Source of the DNA: an uncultured Gemmataceae bacterium
GTDB taxonomy: Bacteria > Planctomycetota > Planctomycetia > Gemmatales > Gemmataceae
Direction: 5' to 3'
Length of the DNA: 64,000 bases
NCBI GenBank assembly: GCA_963750165.1
Contig: CAVVPN010000003.1
Span: forward strand, 2,144,001-2,208,000
The notes beneath the pieces are model-generated. The model saw only the letters and a program-made list of their open reading frames with translations, searched no databases and was not told where the DNA came from. Below are positions 30,193-39,911 of the stretch, in pieces; position 1 is the stretch's first letter, and each line of letters begins with the position of its first letter. Both the position numbers and the translations under genes were made by a program.

Positions 30193-31101
30193 TCAGATAA
30201 TCCTCAGATCGGTCCAGACGCCCATGGCGCACAGGCGAATGTACAGGTCGGTGAACCCGACGCTGAACAGCGACGCCCAGGCCCATTCCATGTGGTGTTC
30301 GTTGAAGACCGTGCTCCAGCGCCACAGCTTGTAACCGGGCTTCAGTTTCTCGACGTTGCCCGGACAGCTGAAGCAGTTGAGCCGGCCGCCGACGAGATGC
30401 CGCACCGAATTGCAGCCGAACGTGAAGCCGGTCAGCAGGCCCACGTTGGCCACCATGATGAGCGTGCCCAGGCCGACGCCGAACTGCCAGCCGTGATCGG
30501 GCAGCAGGGTGCCAGCACGGTCGGCCGGCCAGAAGAAGGCCAGCAGGGCGTCCCAGGCGAGCAGCACCAGGAAGAGCACCGCGAAGTACATCCAGTAGCG
30601 GTGCGAGTTCTGCAAGATGAGCGGCAGACGGTTCTCGCCCCAGTAGCCGGTGCGCGGCTCACCGACGGCGCAGGCGGGCGGGTCGGCCCAGAAGGCGCGG
30701 TAGTACGCCTTGCGGTAGTAGTAACAGGTGAAGCGGAACAGACCGGGGAAGGCGAGGATCAGGAAGCCGGCGGAGAACGGGAACCAGCCCGGCAGCCAGC
30801 CCGGACGGAGGTCACCCTTGATCCAGGCGTGATGGCTCTCGCCGTTGGGGTCGTAGATCAGCGGGGCGAAGAACGGCGACAGGTACGGAGCGACCGGCTT
30901 GTTGCCGGCGGCGTGGAAGTCGGTCCGATCCTGGCGGATTTCGTAGAAGCCCCCCTGCCAGGCCGCCCAGGTGCCGTAGATCAGGAACGCCAGCAGTCCA
31001 ATCACGACGAGTGACGGCCCGGCCCACCAGGGGTCGCGGCGAGCGGTCGTGCCAAAGCCTGTCGCCTGGGGTGGGGGAGTTGTGGTGGTCGCCTGCGCCA
31101 T
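30193..31101 (-). CDS. sdhC: Single membrane anchor of succinate dehydrogenase (mycobacterial Sdh1-like)
   Basis: Multi-TM protein directly upstream of sdhA; YLSPFFAP, FRFTCYYYRKAYYRAFW..PPACAV, SHRY, GCNSVRH and HMEWAWASL. Confidence 0.85.
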   Translation of the reverse strand: MAQATTTTPPPQATGFGTTARRDPWWAGPSLVVIGLLAFLIYGTWAAWQGGFYEIRQDRTDFHAAGNKPVAPYLSPFFAPLIYDPNGESHHAWIKGDLRPGWLPGWFPFSAGFLILAFPGLFRFTCYYYRKAYYRAFWADPPACAVGEPRTGYWGENRLPLILQNSHRYWMYFAVLFLVLLAWDALLAFFWPADRAGTLLPDHGWQFGVGLGTLIMVANVGLLTGFTFGCNSVRHLVGGRLNCFSCPGNVEKLKPGYKLWRWSTVFNEHHMEWAWASLFSVGFTDLYIRLCAMGVWTDLRII

Positions 31102-31223
31102 GAAGCCTCCGAAGATTGCACCGATTCGCTGTCTTTTGTCGTTGTAGGACCGCGAGCCGCGAACTGCAACGCTGCGAGGATTTATCAGTTCGCGCTGACG
31201 ACGGCAGCGCGAACCGATAAATC

Positions 31224-31922
31224 TCAAGCAATCGGCGGCAGCCCCAGCTGCTTGCGGCACTCGTCGAGAATGACCCTGGTCGCCGTCGCCCCGACGCGCT
31301 GGACGCCGAGGGCGCGCACCTGCAACAACCGCTCGAAGGTGCGCACGCCGCCGGCTGCCTTGACGGCCATGCGCGGCGGCGAACAGCGGCGCATGAGCCG
31401 CAAGTCCTCATCGGTAGCGCCGCCGTCGCCGTAGCCGGTCGAGGTCTTGACGTAGTCGGCGCCGACCTCGCCGCAGATGCGACAGAGCCGTTCCTTGTGC
31501 TCGTCCTTGAGGAAGCAGTTCTCGAAGATGACCTTGACGAGCGCCTTGCGGCGGTGGGCGGCCTGGACCACGGCGGCGATGTCGTTGCTGACGTAGGCGT
31601 CATCACCGCCGAGCACCTTGCCGATGTTGACGACCATGTCGAGTTCGGTGGCGCCGTCGTTCATGGCCTGTTCGGCCTCGGCGACCTTGATGGCGGTGAC
31701 GTGGCCGCCGTGCGGAAAGCCGATGGTGGTGCCGACCGCGACGGTCGAGCCCTTGAGGAGGGCCGCGGCCAGCGGCACGGCGTAGGGTTTGATGCACACC
31801 GAGGCGGCGTCGTAGGCGCGGGCGAGGCGGCAGCCGGCTTCGAGCTGCTGGTCGGTCAGCACCTGTTGCAGTAGGGAATGGTCGATCATCTTGGCGATGT
31901 CGGTGTAGGTGTAGTCGGCCAT
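31224..31922 (-). CDS. deoC: Deoxyribose-phosphate aldolase
   Basis: IDHSLL, IGFPHG, ELDMVVNIG, VKVIFE, VKTSTG and VKAAGGVRT. Confidence 0.97.
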   Translation of the reverse strand: MADYTYTDIAKMIDHSLLQQVLTDQQLEAGCRLARAYDAASVCIKPYAVPLAAALLKGSTVAVGTTIGFPHGGHVTAIKVAEAEQAMNDGATELDMVVNIGKVLGGDDAYVSNDIAAVVQAAHRRKALVKVIFENCFLKDEHKERLCRICGEVGADYVKTSTGYGDGGATDEDLRLMRRCSPPRMAVKAAGGVRTFERLLQVRALGVQRVGATATRVILDECRKQLGLPPIA

Positions 31923-31968
31923 GAGGGTGGCTCCGCGGCGTGGGGGATTCGGCGAAGGGGTATTGTAG
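31905..31968. repeat. Direct repeat copy 1 (deoC start and upstream region)
   Basis: GTAGGTGTAGTCGGCCATGA..GTGGCTCCGCGG..TCGGCGAAGGGGTATTGTAG recurs at 32721-32786. Confidence 0.9.
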
Positions 31969-32009
31969 ACGTGGCGGCGGCGCGCGGCACCACGGATGCG
32001 CAGGGCGGA

Positions 32010-32419
32010 TCAAGGCGGAAACAGATCAAAGAGCTTTTCGGCTTCGCGGATGAGTAGCCGCCGAGGATGGTTGAGGTCGAACGCCACCACGAGCGCCCGG
32101 CCGATGGGTGTGATGCCGATGACGGCGAACCCCAACCAGACGAGATGTTCTTCCCACGGATCCGACCGCGGGTTGAACAGGGGCACCTCACTCGCGGTTT
32201 CCGGGTCGGTGGCGGTCAGCCGGTTCGATTTCTTCAAATTGCAACTGGGACAGGCCCACGCCAGGTTGGTCAACTCATCGGAACCGCCCGCGGACGAAGG
32301 AACGATGTGCTCGACGTGAAAGGTCGCCCCTGAAGGGCCTGGTGCATGCGGCAGTATTCGCAGCGCTGATCGGCGCGCTCCTCCACTTCGCGGACGCGAT
32401 CCGCCCAGGAGGTGGTCAT
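32010..32419 (-). CDS. HNH endonuclease; frameshift near 32330
   Basis: MTTSWADRVREVEERADQRCEYCRMHQ, then FHVEHIVP..GG..NLAWACPSCNLKK..LFNPR after restoring one G in a G-run. Confidence 0.85.
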
Positions 32420-32636
32420 ACCGGCTTGCGCCGAGCAGGTGCAGGGCCTGGGCGCGGACCAGGGAGAGACGTTCGCTCAATTCCACCAGCGACTCCAGCT
32501 CCTCCCGCTCGGCCTGCGCGAGCCGCCCCTCTGTGTTGCGGTCCATCAGGACTTGTAAACGGTCATCCGCCTTTTGCGGGAAACGCAGGTCCACCAGCGT
32601 TTCCAGGAACTCAAGGGGGGCCGCGATGGTTGACAT
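32416..32636 (-). CDS. Small helical partner (antitoxin-like) of the HNH nuclease; frameshift near 32430
   Basis: AGGAG RBS; MSTIAAP..RLQVLMDRNTEGRL..EREELESLV. Restoring one base gives LLGRKPV* with an ATGA overlap onto the HNH start. Confidence 0.7.
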
Positions 32637-32720
32637 GGGATTATCTCCTCTATTTCCAAAAGGATTGTAACGCCTTACTGCCCTTCCTTCCAGGGCAGCG
32701 CGTTTGTTGCCGTCGCCGGC

Positions 32721-32786
32721 GTAGGTGTAGTCGGCCATGAAGGAGTGGCTCCGCGGTGTGGGAGACTCGGCGAAGGGGTATTGTAG
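32721..32786. repeat. Direct repeat copy 2 (duplicated deoC start, encodes MADYTY)
   Basis: Near-identical to 31905-31968. Confidence 0.9.
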
Positions 32787-32862
32787 GTGTCAATGCGGCG
32801 AGGGGTAGACAGACGGGCTGGGGCCGCTTACGCTCAGGCTGGCGCAGCAACCGGGGGAAGGT

Positions 32863-33543
32863 ATGACCGAGTCCGAGTGGTTGACGGAGCAGGCACGCCC
32901 TCAGTACATGGTGTGGACGCTCTTGAAACCAGGAAAATTGCAGCGGACGAAGGCGGGCAAGCGCAAACTGCGGCTGTTTGGCTGCGGGTGCTGCCGCCTC
33001 ATCTGGCCGCTGTTGACGAACCCGCGCTCGCGCCAGGCGGTCGCGCTCGCCGAGCAATTTGCCGACGGGCAAGCGGACAAGGACGAACTGCAACAGGCAT
33101 TTCTGCAGAACCTCGAATTGACATTTGGGGGCTACCAGCCGACCGACCCGGGGGTCCAGCAGCGGATCGCCGCGCACATGGCCCTGTCCACGACCGCGGC
33201 CAAGGCCATTTCAGCCACTTTTGATATGACCGCCTTTCCGTTGCCGCTCGCCGGGTTCTTCGGCGACGAGCAGCGCGAACAGTCGCTGCTGTGCGACCTC
33301 CTGCGTTGCGTCTTCGGCACCCCCTTTCGCCCCCCAACACTCCCTCCGGCCTGGCGTACGCGCTCGGTGACGGCCCTGGCCCAGTCCATCTATGACGACC
33401 GCACCTTCGACCGCCTGCCGATCCTGGCCGACGCCCTCGAAGAGGCCGGCTGTACCGACGCCGACATCCTCGGCCATTGTCGCGGCCCCGGCCCACACGT
33501 CCGCGGCTGCTGGGTCGTTGATCTGCTGCTCGGCAAGCAGTGA
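32863..33543 (+). CDS. Gemmataceae expanded-family hypothetical protein
   Basis: MTESEWL..RKLRLFGCGCCR..LPILADALEEAGC..GPHVRGCWVVDLLLGK signature. Confidence 0.85.
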   Translation: MTESEWLTEQARPQYMVWTLLKPGKLQRTKAGKRKLRLFGCGCCRLIWPLLTNPRSRQAVALAEQFADGQADKDELQQAFLQNLELTFGGYQPTDPGVQQRIAAHMALSTTAAKAISATFDMTAFPLPLAGFFGDEQREQSLLCDLLRCVFGTPFRPPTLPPAWRTRSVTALAQSIYDDRTFDRLPILADALEEAGCTDADILGHCRGPGPHVRGCWVVDLLLGKQ

Positions 33544-33654
33544 ACCCGTCGGTCCCGACCGCGAACATGTCCTGGAGATTTTGGCAATGCCGCGACTCGT
33601 CTTCCCGGTGACCAAGGATGGGCTGCACGTAGATGTGTTGACGTGCGTGGCGTT

Positions 33655-33724
33655 TGGTTGTAGCGGAAGTCGCCAGACTTCCGAGCAGCGCTGCTCGGAA
33701 GTCTGGCGACTTCCGCTACAACCA
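33655..33724. repeat. Perfect 70-bp palindrome (GTAG-type REP doublet)
   Basis: TGGTTGTAGCGGAAGTCGCCAGACTTCCGAGCAGC followed directly by its exact reverse complement. Confidence 0.92.
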
Positions 33725-33912
33725 CCTGCCACTTCACGCTCGATTTCTGACCGCTCCGGCTGGAATACCGAGAACCACCTACCCTCGCGCACGCCGTCCC
33801 CTACCGAAGTGACCGGAAAACTACTTTCTTCTCCCCTCCGTGGTTGGCTAGAATGGGGGAAGTGGGGCAGTGGTTGTCCCGCGCTTCGACGGTCGCCCGG
33901 GGAGTAGTGGCT

Positions 33913-34703
33913 ATGAGCAATCGTCTTTGGTCGGCCGCCATAGTGGCCACGGCCGGCGCCCTGATTCTGCTGTTGCCGGGCCAGAGCCCGGCCCAGGCCT
34001 TGCGCAACAACTACGGCAACTGGACGCACTTCTACGGCAACGGCGGCTTCCTGGACGGCGGCGGCTTCAACATCGGCTACGGCGGCCTCTACCCCGTGTC
34101 GAACTACCTCGTCTACAGCCAGGTGTACAACGTCGCGCCCCCGCCTTTGGCGCGTTCGGCCCGTCCTACGCGGGCGCCCCGCTGGTCGCCGCCACCGCCT
34201 ACGGGGCCGCGCCCGGCTTCGGTGCGTACAACCCGTTCTATGCGTACTTCCCGAACTTCCGCGCCTTTCCGTTCTACAACACCACGGTCTACGTCGCCCC
34301 GCCAGTCTTCTCCAACCGTTACGCCGTGGCTGGGTTCAACCCGTCGTCGGTGACGCCGTTCGCCTTCGACAACCTCACCGGTAATCCCGGCTTTGTCTAC
34401 GGTGCCCCGGTGCTGCCGGTCATCGCATCGTCGTCTGTCAAGCCCTCCACGGAAGCTGTCGCCTCGCTGCGCGTGACCGTGCCGGCCGGCGCTGAACTGT
34501 GGTTCGACGGCACCAAGACGAAACAGGTCGGTGCCGTGCGCGATTTCCAGACGCCGCTGCTGCCGACCAACCGCAACTTCACTTACCAGCTCCGCATTCG
34601 CTGGCAGGAGGACGGCCAGATGCGCGAGCAGAAGCGCACCGTCCACGTGGAGGGCGGCCAGCACGTCGCCGTGGACTTCACCAGCGCCGCCGCCGCCGAG
34701 TGA
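33913..34703 (+). CDS. Secreted TIGR03000-type Planctomycetes domain protein; frameshift in a C-run near 34140
   Basis: Signal peptide, Tyr/Gly-rich linker, C-terminal VTVPAGAELWFDG..T.Q.G..R.FQTP.L..Y.LRIRW..VDF. Confidence 0.85.
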
Positions 34704-34712
34704 CGCCTCTTA

Positions 34713-34771
34713 ACGTGGGACAGGCGGCTCGCCTGTCGGGCTGGCCGACAGGCGAGCCGCCTGTCCCACGT
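34713..34771. repeat. GTGG-type REP doublet
   Basis: ACGTGGGACAGGCGGCTCGCCTGTCGG ... CCGACAGGCGAGCCGCCTGTCCCACGT. Confidence 0.85.
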
Positions 34772-34792
34772 TGTCATGTCCCTGAGAAAGTC

Positions 34793-36007
34793 ATGAGCCG
34801 CGAACCACTGGCCGGGCGGGTCGCGGCCCTGCGACCTACCGCCGTCAACCAGGTGCTGCACGAAGTCCGCCAACTCCAGGCGCAGGGCCACGCGATCGTC
34901 TCGCTCATGCGCGGCCAGCCCGACACGCCGACGCCGCCGCACATCAGCGCGGCCCTGCAGCGCGCCCTGCGCGACGGCCGCACCGGCTACCCCGACAACC
35001 AGGGCGAACTGGTGTTGCGCGCGGCGGTCGCCGAAAAACTGCGGTGCGACAACGGTCTGAGCTACGACCCCAGCCGCGAAATCCTCGTCACCGACGGCGC
35101 CACCGGTGGTTTGTGTACCGCCCTGGCCGTGCTCGTGCAGCCCGGCGACGACGTGCTGCTGCCCGATCCCATCTATGACGCTTACGCCTCGCCGATCGCG
35201 CTGTGGGGCGGCCGGGCCGTGCCGGTGCGCTCGGCCATCCGCGCCGGCCGCTTTGCCATCGACCGCGCCGCTCTGGACGCGGCGGTCACGCCGTGCGCCC
35301 GCGTGCTGCTGCTCAACACGCCCTGGAATCCGACCGGCACCGTCTGGTCGTGCGCGGAACTGACCGCCGCCGTGGATTTCGCGGCTGCCCACGACCTGTG
35401 GCTGCTCAGCGACGAGATTTACGAAACCCTGGTTTATGGCGGCGCCCGCCACGTGTCGCCGGCCGCCCTGTCCGCCGCGGCGCGGCAGCGCAGCATTGTG
35501 GTGAACAGTCTTTCGAAGACCTACAGCATGACGGGCTGGCGTGTTGGCTACTGCGCCGCGCCGGCCGAGGTCATCGCGGCGATGTTGCTGGTGCTGCAGC
35601 AGTCCAGCCGCGGCCCGGCCACCTTCGTGCAGCACGCCGCGGCGGCGGCGCTCACCGGCGACCAGGCGTGCGTGGCGGCCATGACCGCGGAGTTCCAGCG
35701 CCGCCGCGATCATGTCGTCGAGCAGCTGCGCGGCCTGCCGGGCGTGACGCCGCTGGTGCCGGAGGGCGGCCTGTTCGTCATGCTCGACGTGCGCGGCCTC
35801 GGGCTGCCGTCCGACGACGTGCGCCGTTTCCTGCTGCACGATGCCGGTGTTGTCGTCATCCACGGCGCCGCCTATGGGCTGGGCGGCGAGGGCATGCTGC
35901 GCGTGTCGTTCGCCGGCGGCGGAGCGGCGCTGGACGAAGGGCTGCGCCGCCTGCGCGACGGCCTGCGGCGGCTGGCGAACCGGACGCCCGGAAAGGTCGG
36001 CTCATGA
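34793..36007 (+). CDS. PLP-dependent class I/II aminotransferase
   Basis: GQPD, NTPWNPTG, SDEIY and SLSKTYSMTGWRVG. Confidence 0.95.
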   Translation: MSREPLAGRVAALRPTAVNQVLHEVRQLQAQGHAIVSLMRGQPDTPTPPHISAALQRALRDGRTGYPDNQGELVLRAAVAEKLRCDNGLSYDPSREILVTDGATGGLCTALAVLVQPGDDVLLPDPIYDAYASPIALWGGRAVPVRSAIRAGRFAIDRAALDAAVTPCARVLLLNTPWNPTGTVWSCAELTAAVDFAAAHDLWLLSDEIYETLVYGGARHVSPAALSAAARQRSIVVNSLSKTYSMTGWRVGYCAAPAEVIAAMLLVLQQSSRGPATFVQHAAAAALTGDQACVAAMTAEFQRRRDHVVEQLRGLPGVTPLVPEGGLFVMLDVRGLGLPSDDVRRFLLHDAGVVVIHGAAYGLGGEGMLRVSFAGGGAALDEGLRRLRDGLRRLANRTPGKVGS

Positions 36008-38964
36008 GCGCGATCTCTCTCCCGCTGGTCAAAGCGCAACCCACTCCCGAACGCCCGCCCGTGGATGTGGCCGCGCTGCGGGCGGCGCTGGCGACAGCGG
36101 TGCGCGGTGAGGTGCGCTGCGAACGCCTCGACCGGGCGCTGTACTCGACCGACGCCAGCGTATATCAAATCGTGCCGCTCGGCGTGGTGCTGCCGCGCGA
36201 CGCCGCCGACGTGGTCGCCACTCTGAAAGTGTGTGCGGACTTCGGCGTGCCGTTGACGGCGCGCGGCGGCGGCACGTCGCAGGCCGGGCAGTGCATCGGC
36301 CCCGGCGTTATCCTTGACTGTTCCAAATATTTGCACAACATTCTGGAAGTCAACGCCGCCGAGCGCTGGGTGCGCGTCGAGCCGGGCTGCGTGCTGGACG
36401 ACCTCAACCAGCACGTCAAGCCGCTCGGCCTGCAGTTCGCGCCGGACATCTCCACCGCCAATCGCGCCACCCTCGGCGGCATGATCGCCAACAATTCGTC
36501 CGGCACGCACTCGCTGATTCATGGCAAGACCATCGACCATGTGCTGGAGTTGCGCGTGCTGCTGGCGGACGGCAGCGTTGTCGAACTGCGGCCGCTGGAC
36601 GAAATGGAGTTGGACAAGAAGACGCGGCAGCAGGACCAGGAGGGCGCCTGTTACCGCGTCGTCCGGCAGCTGGCCGCGGAGCACGCGGCGGAAATCGACC
36701 GCCGTTATCCGAAAATCCTGCGCCGCGTGGGCGGCTACAACCTTGACGCCTTCGTGCCGCGGCCCGGCGCCGCGTTCAACCTGGCGCAGCTGTTCGTCGG
36801 CTCGGAAGGCACGCTCGGCGTCGTGCTGGAGGCGAAACTGCGGCTGGTGGAGCTGCCGCGGGCGAAGGCGCTGCTCGTCGTGCAGTTCGCCGACCTGCTC
36901 GACGCGCTGGCCGCAGTGCCGGCCATCCTCGCCCACTGTCCGGCCGCCGTCGAGGTCATGGACCGCTACATCCTCGACTGCACCAAACTCAACGCCGACG
37001 CCGCCCGGCTGCGGGATTTCCTGCGCGGTGACCCCGGCGCCATCCTCGTCATCGAGTTCTACGCCGACGCTGCCGCCGAGTTGCCGGGCCGCCTGGCCGC
37101 GCTGGAGGCGGACCTGCGCGGCCGCGGCTGCGGCGAACACCACCACCCGGCCACGGACGCCGCGGCCCAGGCGCGCATCTGGAAGCTGCGGACGCTGGCA
37201 CTCGGTCTGTCGATGGCGGAGAAGGGCGACGCCAAGGCGATTTCCTTCGTCGAGGACACGGCCGTGGCGCCGGAGCACCTGCGCGACTACATCGCGGAGT
37301 TCCTGCAAATCATCGCCCGCCAGGGCACCACGGCCGGCGTCTACGCCCATGCGTCGGTCGGCTGTCTGCACGTGCGGCCCATTGTCGATCTGAAAACGGC
37401 GGAAGGACTGCGGCGTTTCGAGGCCATCGCGGCGGAGGTCGCGGAACTGGTGCTGAAGTACGGCGGCGCCCTGTCCGGCGAGCACGGCGACGGCCTGGTG
37501 CGCAGCCCGTTCCAGGCAAAAATGTTCGGCCCGACGCTGTACGAGGCGTTCCGCACGCTCAAGTACACCTTCGACCCGCGCGGCCTGTTCAATCCGGGCA
37601 AGGTCGTGGACGCACCGCCGTTGACCGCGAACCTGCGCTACGGCCCCGCTTATGTGACGCCGGACGTGCCGACCACGTTCGACTTCAGCAGCGACGGCGG
37701 CGTGGTGCGTGCCGCGGAGTTGTGCGCCGGCGTCGGCGAGTGCCGCAAGCGCCGCGGCGGGACGATGTGCCCGTCGTTCCAGGCGACGCGCGACGAGCAG
37801 CACAGCACGCGCGGCCGGGCCAACACGCTGCGCCTGGCGCTGACGGGGCAGCTCGGCCTGACCGGGCTGACCGATCCGGCGGTGCTGGACGCGCTGGACC
37901 TGTGCCTGGAATGCAAGGCGTGCAAGAGCGAGTGCCCGACCAACGTGGACATGGCCCGGCTCAAGGCGGAGGTGCTGCACCAGCACGGCCGGCGTCACGG
38001 CCTACCGCTGCGCCACCGCGTCTTCGGCCACGTGGCGACGCTGAGCCAATGGGGTTGCCGCCTGGCGCCGCTGTCGAACTGGTCGGCGCGCGGCTGGCTC
38101 GGTCGCTGGCTGAACGAGCGGCTGCTGGGCATCGACCGCCGCCGCCGGCCGCCGCGCTTCGCTGCGCGCCCGTTCCTCCGCCGACCGCAGGTGCGGGACG
38201 TGGCGCCGGCCAATGGACAGCCGCAGGTGCTGCTGTTCCCGGATACGTTCATGAACTTCCACGAGCCGGACATCGGCCTGGCGGCGCTGGAGGTGCTGCG
38301 GCGGCTCGGCCAGCACGTGACGCCCGACCTGCCCGACGGCCTGCGCTGCTGCGGCCGGCCGATGATCTCCAACGGCCTGCTCGACGCGGCAGTGGCGAAC
38401 GCCCGGCACAACGTCGAGCGGTTGTTCCCCTGGGCCGACGCGGGACGGCCCATCGTCGCCTGTGAGCCGAGCTGCATCCTGACGATCAAGGACGATTACC
38501 CGGCGCTGCTGCAGGGCGAACAGCGGCGGCGAGCGCTGGCGGTCGCGGCACAATGCTTCACGTTCGAGGAGTTCGCGGAAAAAGCCATTACCGAGGCGGG
38601 GACAGCCTTCGCCCTGCGGCCGGGGCCGAAGCGTGTGCTGCTGCAGGGCCACTGCCATCAATGTGCGCTGGTCGGCATTGGGCCGGCGCTGCGGCTGCTG
38701 CGGCGCATCCCGGGCGCCGAGGTGAGCGACCTGGACGCGGGCTGCTGCGGCATGGCGGGCTCGTTCGGCTACGAGCGCGAGCACTACGAGGTGTCGCGCC
38801 TGGTCGGCGAACAGCGGCTGTTCCCGGCGCTGCGCCAGGCCGACGCGGATGCGGTCGTCGTGGCCCCGGGCTTCTCGTGTCGGTTGCAGATCGAGCACTT
38901 CACCGGCCGGCGGGCATTGCACCCGGCGTCGCTGTTGCGCTCGCTGCTGGAACCACAGGGTTAG
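36004..38964 (+). CDS. FAD-linked oxidase fused to Fe-S/CCG domains (YdiJ or GlcD-GlcF-like)
   Basis: YSTDAS, RGGGTSQAGQ, GSEGTLG, SGEHGDG, CLECKACKSECP, CCGRP and CCGMAGSFG; ATGA overlap with the aminotransferase. Confidence 0.92.
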   Translation: MSAISLPLVKAQPTPERPPVDVAALRAALATAVRGEVRCERLDRALYSTDASVYQIVPLGVVLPRDAADVVATLKVCADFGVPLTARGGGTSQAGQCIGPGVILDCSKYLHNILEVNAAERWVRVEPGCVLDDLNQHVKPLGLQFAPDISTANRATLGGMIANNSSGTHSLIHGKTIDHVLELRVLLADGSVVELRPLDEMELDKKTRQQDQEGACYRVVRQLAAEHAAEIDRRYPKILRRVGGYNLDAFVPRPGAAFNLAQLFVGSEGTLGVVLEAKLRLVELPRAKALLVVQFADLLDALAAVPAILAHCPAAVEVMDRYILDCTKLNADAARLRDFLRGDPGAILVIEFYADAAAELPGRLAALEADLRGRGCGEHHHPATDAAAQARIWKLRTLALGLSMAEKGDAKAISFVEDTAVAPEHLRDYIAEFLQIIARQGTTAGVYAHASVGCLHVRPIVDLKTAEGLRRFEAIAAEVAELVLKYGGALSGEHGDGLVRSPFQAKMFGPTLYEAFRTLKYTFDPRGLFNPGKVVDAPPLTANLRYGPAYVTPDVPTTFDFSSDGGVVRAAELCAGVGECRKRRGGTMCPSFQATRDEQHSTRGRANTLRLALTGQLGLTGLTDPAVLDALDLCLECKACKSECPTNVDMARLKAEVLHQHGRRHGLPLRHRVFGHVATLSQWGCRLAPLSNWSARGWLGRWLNERLLGIDRRRRPPRFAARPFLRRPQVRDVAPANGQPQVLLFPDTFMNFHEPDIGLAALEVLRRLGQHVTPDLPDGLRCCGRPMISNGLLDAAVANARHNVERLFPWADAGRPIVACEPSCILTIKDDYPALLQGEQRRRALAVAAQCFTFEEFAEKAITEAGTAFALRPGPKRVLLQGHCHQCALVGIGPALRLLRRIPGAEVSDLDAGCCGMAGSFGYEREHYEVSRLVGEQRLFPALRQADADAVVVAPGFSCRLQIEHFTGRRALHPASLLRSLLEPQG

Positions 38965-39007
38965 AATCGACGGGATGGGCCGACTTCGTTCGTAGTACCG
39001 CCACCCC

Positions 39008-39169
39008 GTTGTGGCACGGTCTCCCGACCGTGCCACCCGCCTCGACCGAAGGTCTCCTCTTTGAAACGTTGAAGTGCCTTCAGTTTGGATAGGTGGCGTG
39101 GGCAATCGGCCACTGAAGAGGAGACCTTCGGTCGGGGGCCGTGGCATGGTCGGGAGACCATGCCACAAC
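39008..39169. repeat. GTGG-type REP doublet with long spacer
   Basis: GTTGTGGCACGGTCTCCCGACCGTGCCAC..CGACCGAAGGTCTCCTCT and an inverted copy at 39117-39169. Confidence 0.85.
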
Positions 39170-39274
39170 GCGGGTGCTTGAGGTCGGCTGGTCGGTTACG
39201 AACGGGGTAGCCAAGAATGACCCCGGCAATTATCCTTAAAACGGGACCGCTGGATCTAACCGTCAGGATGACTC

Positions 39275-39601
39275 ATGGCCAAGCAGATTCTCCCCCTGCG
39301 CAAGCGCCGGACGCGCGCCCACGTGATCGCGGACCAGAGCGTCAACTATGGAGGCGCCGAACAACAACTTCGTAGGACGGCTCTCCAGAGCCGTCGGGAC
39401 GGCTCTGGAGAGCCGTCCTACTCTTGGAAGTTGTTGTTCGGCGCCTCCTATGTGGAACGGTTCATCATTGACGCGGGCCACACCGCGCAGCGCGTGGAAA
39501 AGGATTACGGCTACGATCTACTCCTGTTCACCTACGACGAGGATGGTTACAATGGGAGTTCATCAACAGCTAAACAGGGTGGCAGGTATGAAACGGGCTG
39601 A
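39275..39601 (+). pseudogene. DUF4365-like gene, interrupted in frame by a MITE and internally truncated
   Basis: RKRRTRAHVIADQSVNY-[34-codon insert]-VERFI..DYGYDLLLFTYDEDG, then ends abruptly. Confidence 0.7.
39351..39447. mobile_element. MITE copy 1 (97 bp) carrying a REP doublet
   Basis: TIR GAGGCGCCGAACAACAACTTC / GAAGTTGTTGTTCGGCGCCTC; flanking direct repeat CTATG (39346-50 and 39448-52). Confidence 0.9.
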
Positions 39602-39869
39602 GGTCACTTACGGTCAACTGGAGAGGGCGCTGCGATCTTTGGGCCTTTCGAGCCGACTGGTTCCCGGAGATCCGCCGGCACGTATCTATGAACACAAGGC
39701 CTTCGGTTACCTTTTCAGTATCCCGCCGTTTCCCGACACCGACTTCGTGATGGCCTATCACCTGGTTATGGCGCGGACGCTGCTCGACAACTTCGGCATC
39801 GCCGACCCCAAGACGTTCGACGCCCAACTGCAACAAGCGGTTCGGGACACCGACCCGCAGCCTGCGTGA
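39588..39869 (+). CDS. Small hypothetical protein, weakly HicA-like
   Basis: MKRAEVTYGQLERALRSLG..IYEH..; overlaps the DUF4365-like gene stop. Confidence 0.55.
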   Translation: MKRAEVTYGQLERALRSLGLSSRLVPGDPPARIYEHKAFGYLFSIPPFPDTDFVMAYHLVMARTLLDNFGIADPKTFDAQLQQAVRDTDPQPA

Positions 39870-39911
39870 AAGGCTCAGTGAGCGAGCGACGCCACGGCTG
39901 TCTGCCTGACC

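Noticed and set aside
32010..32738. Single 242-aa fusion ORF starting MADYTY
   Set aside because: It is better explained as a duplicated deoC start plus two genes joined by two single-base deletions; the HNH CEYC motif is in another frame.
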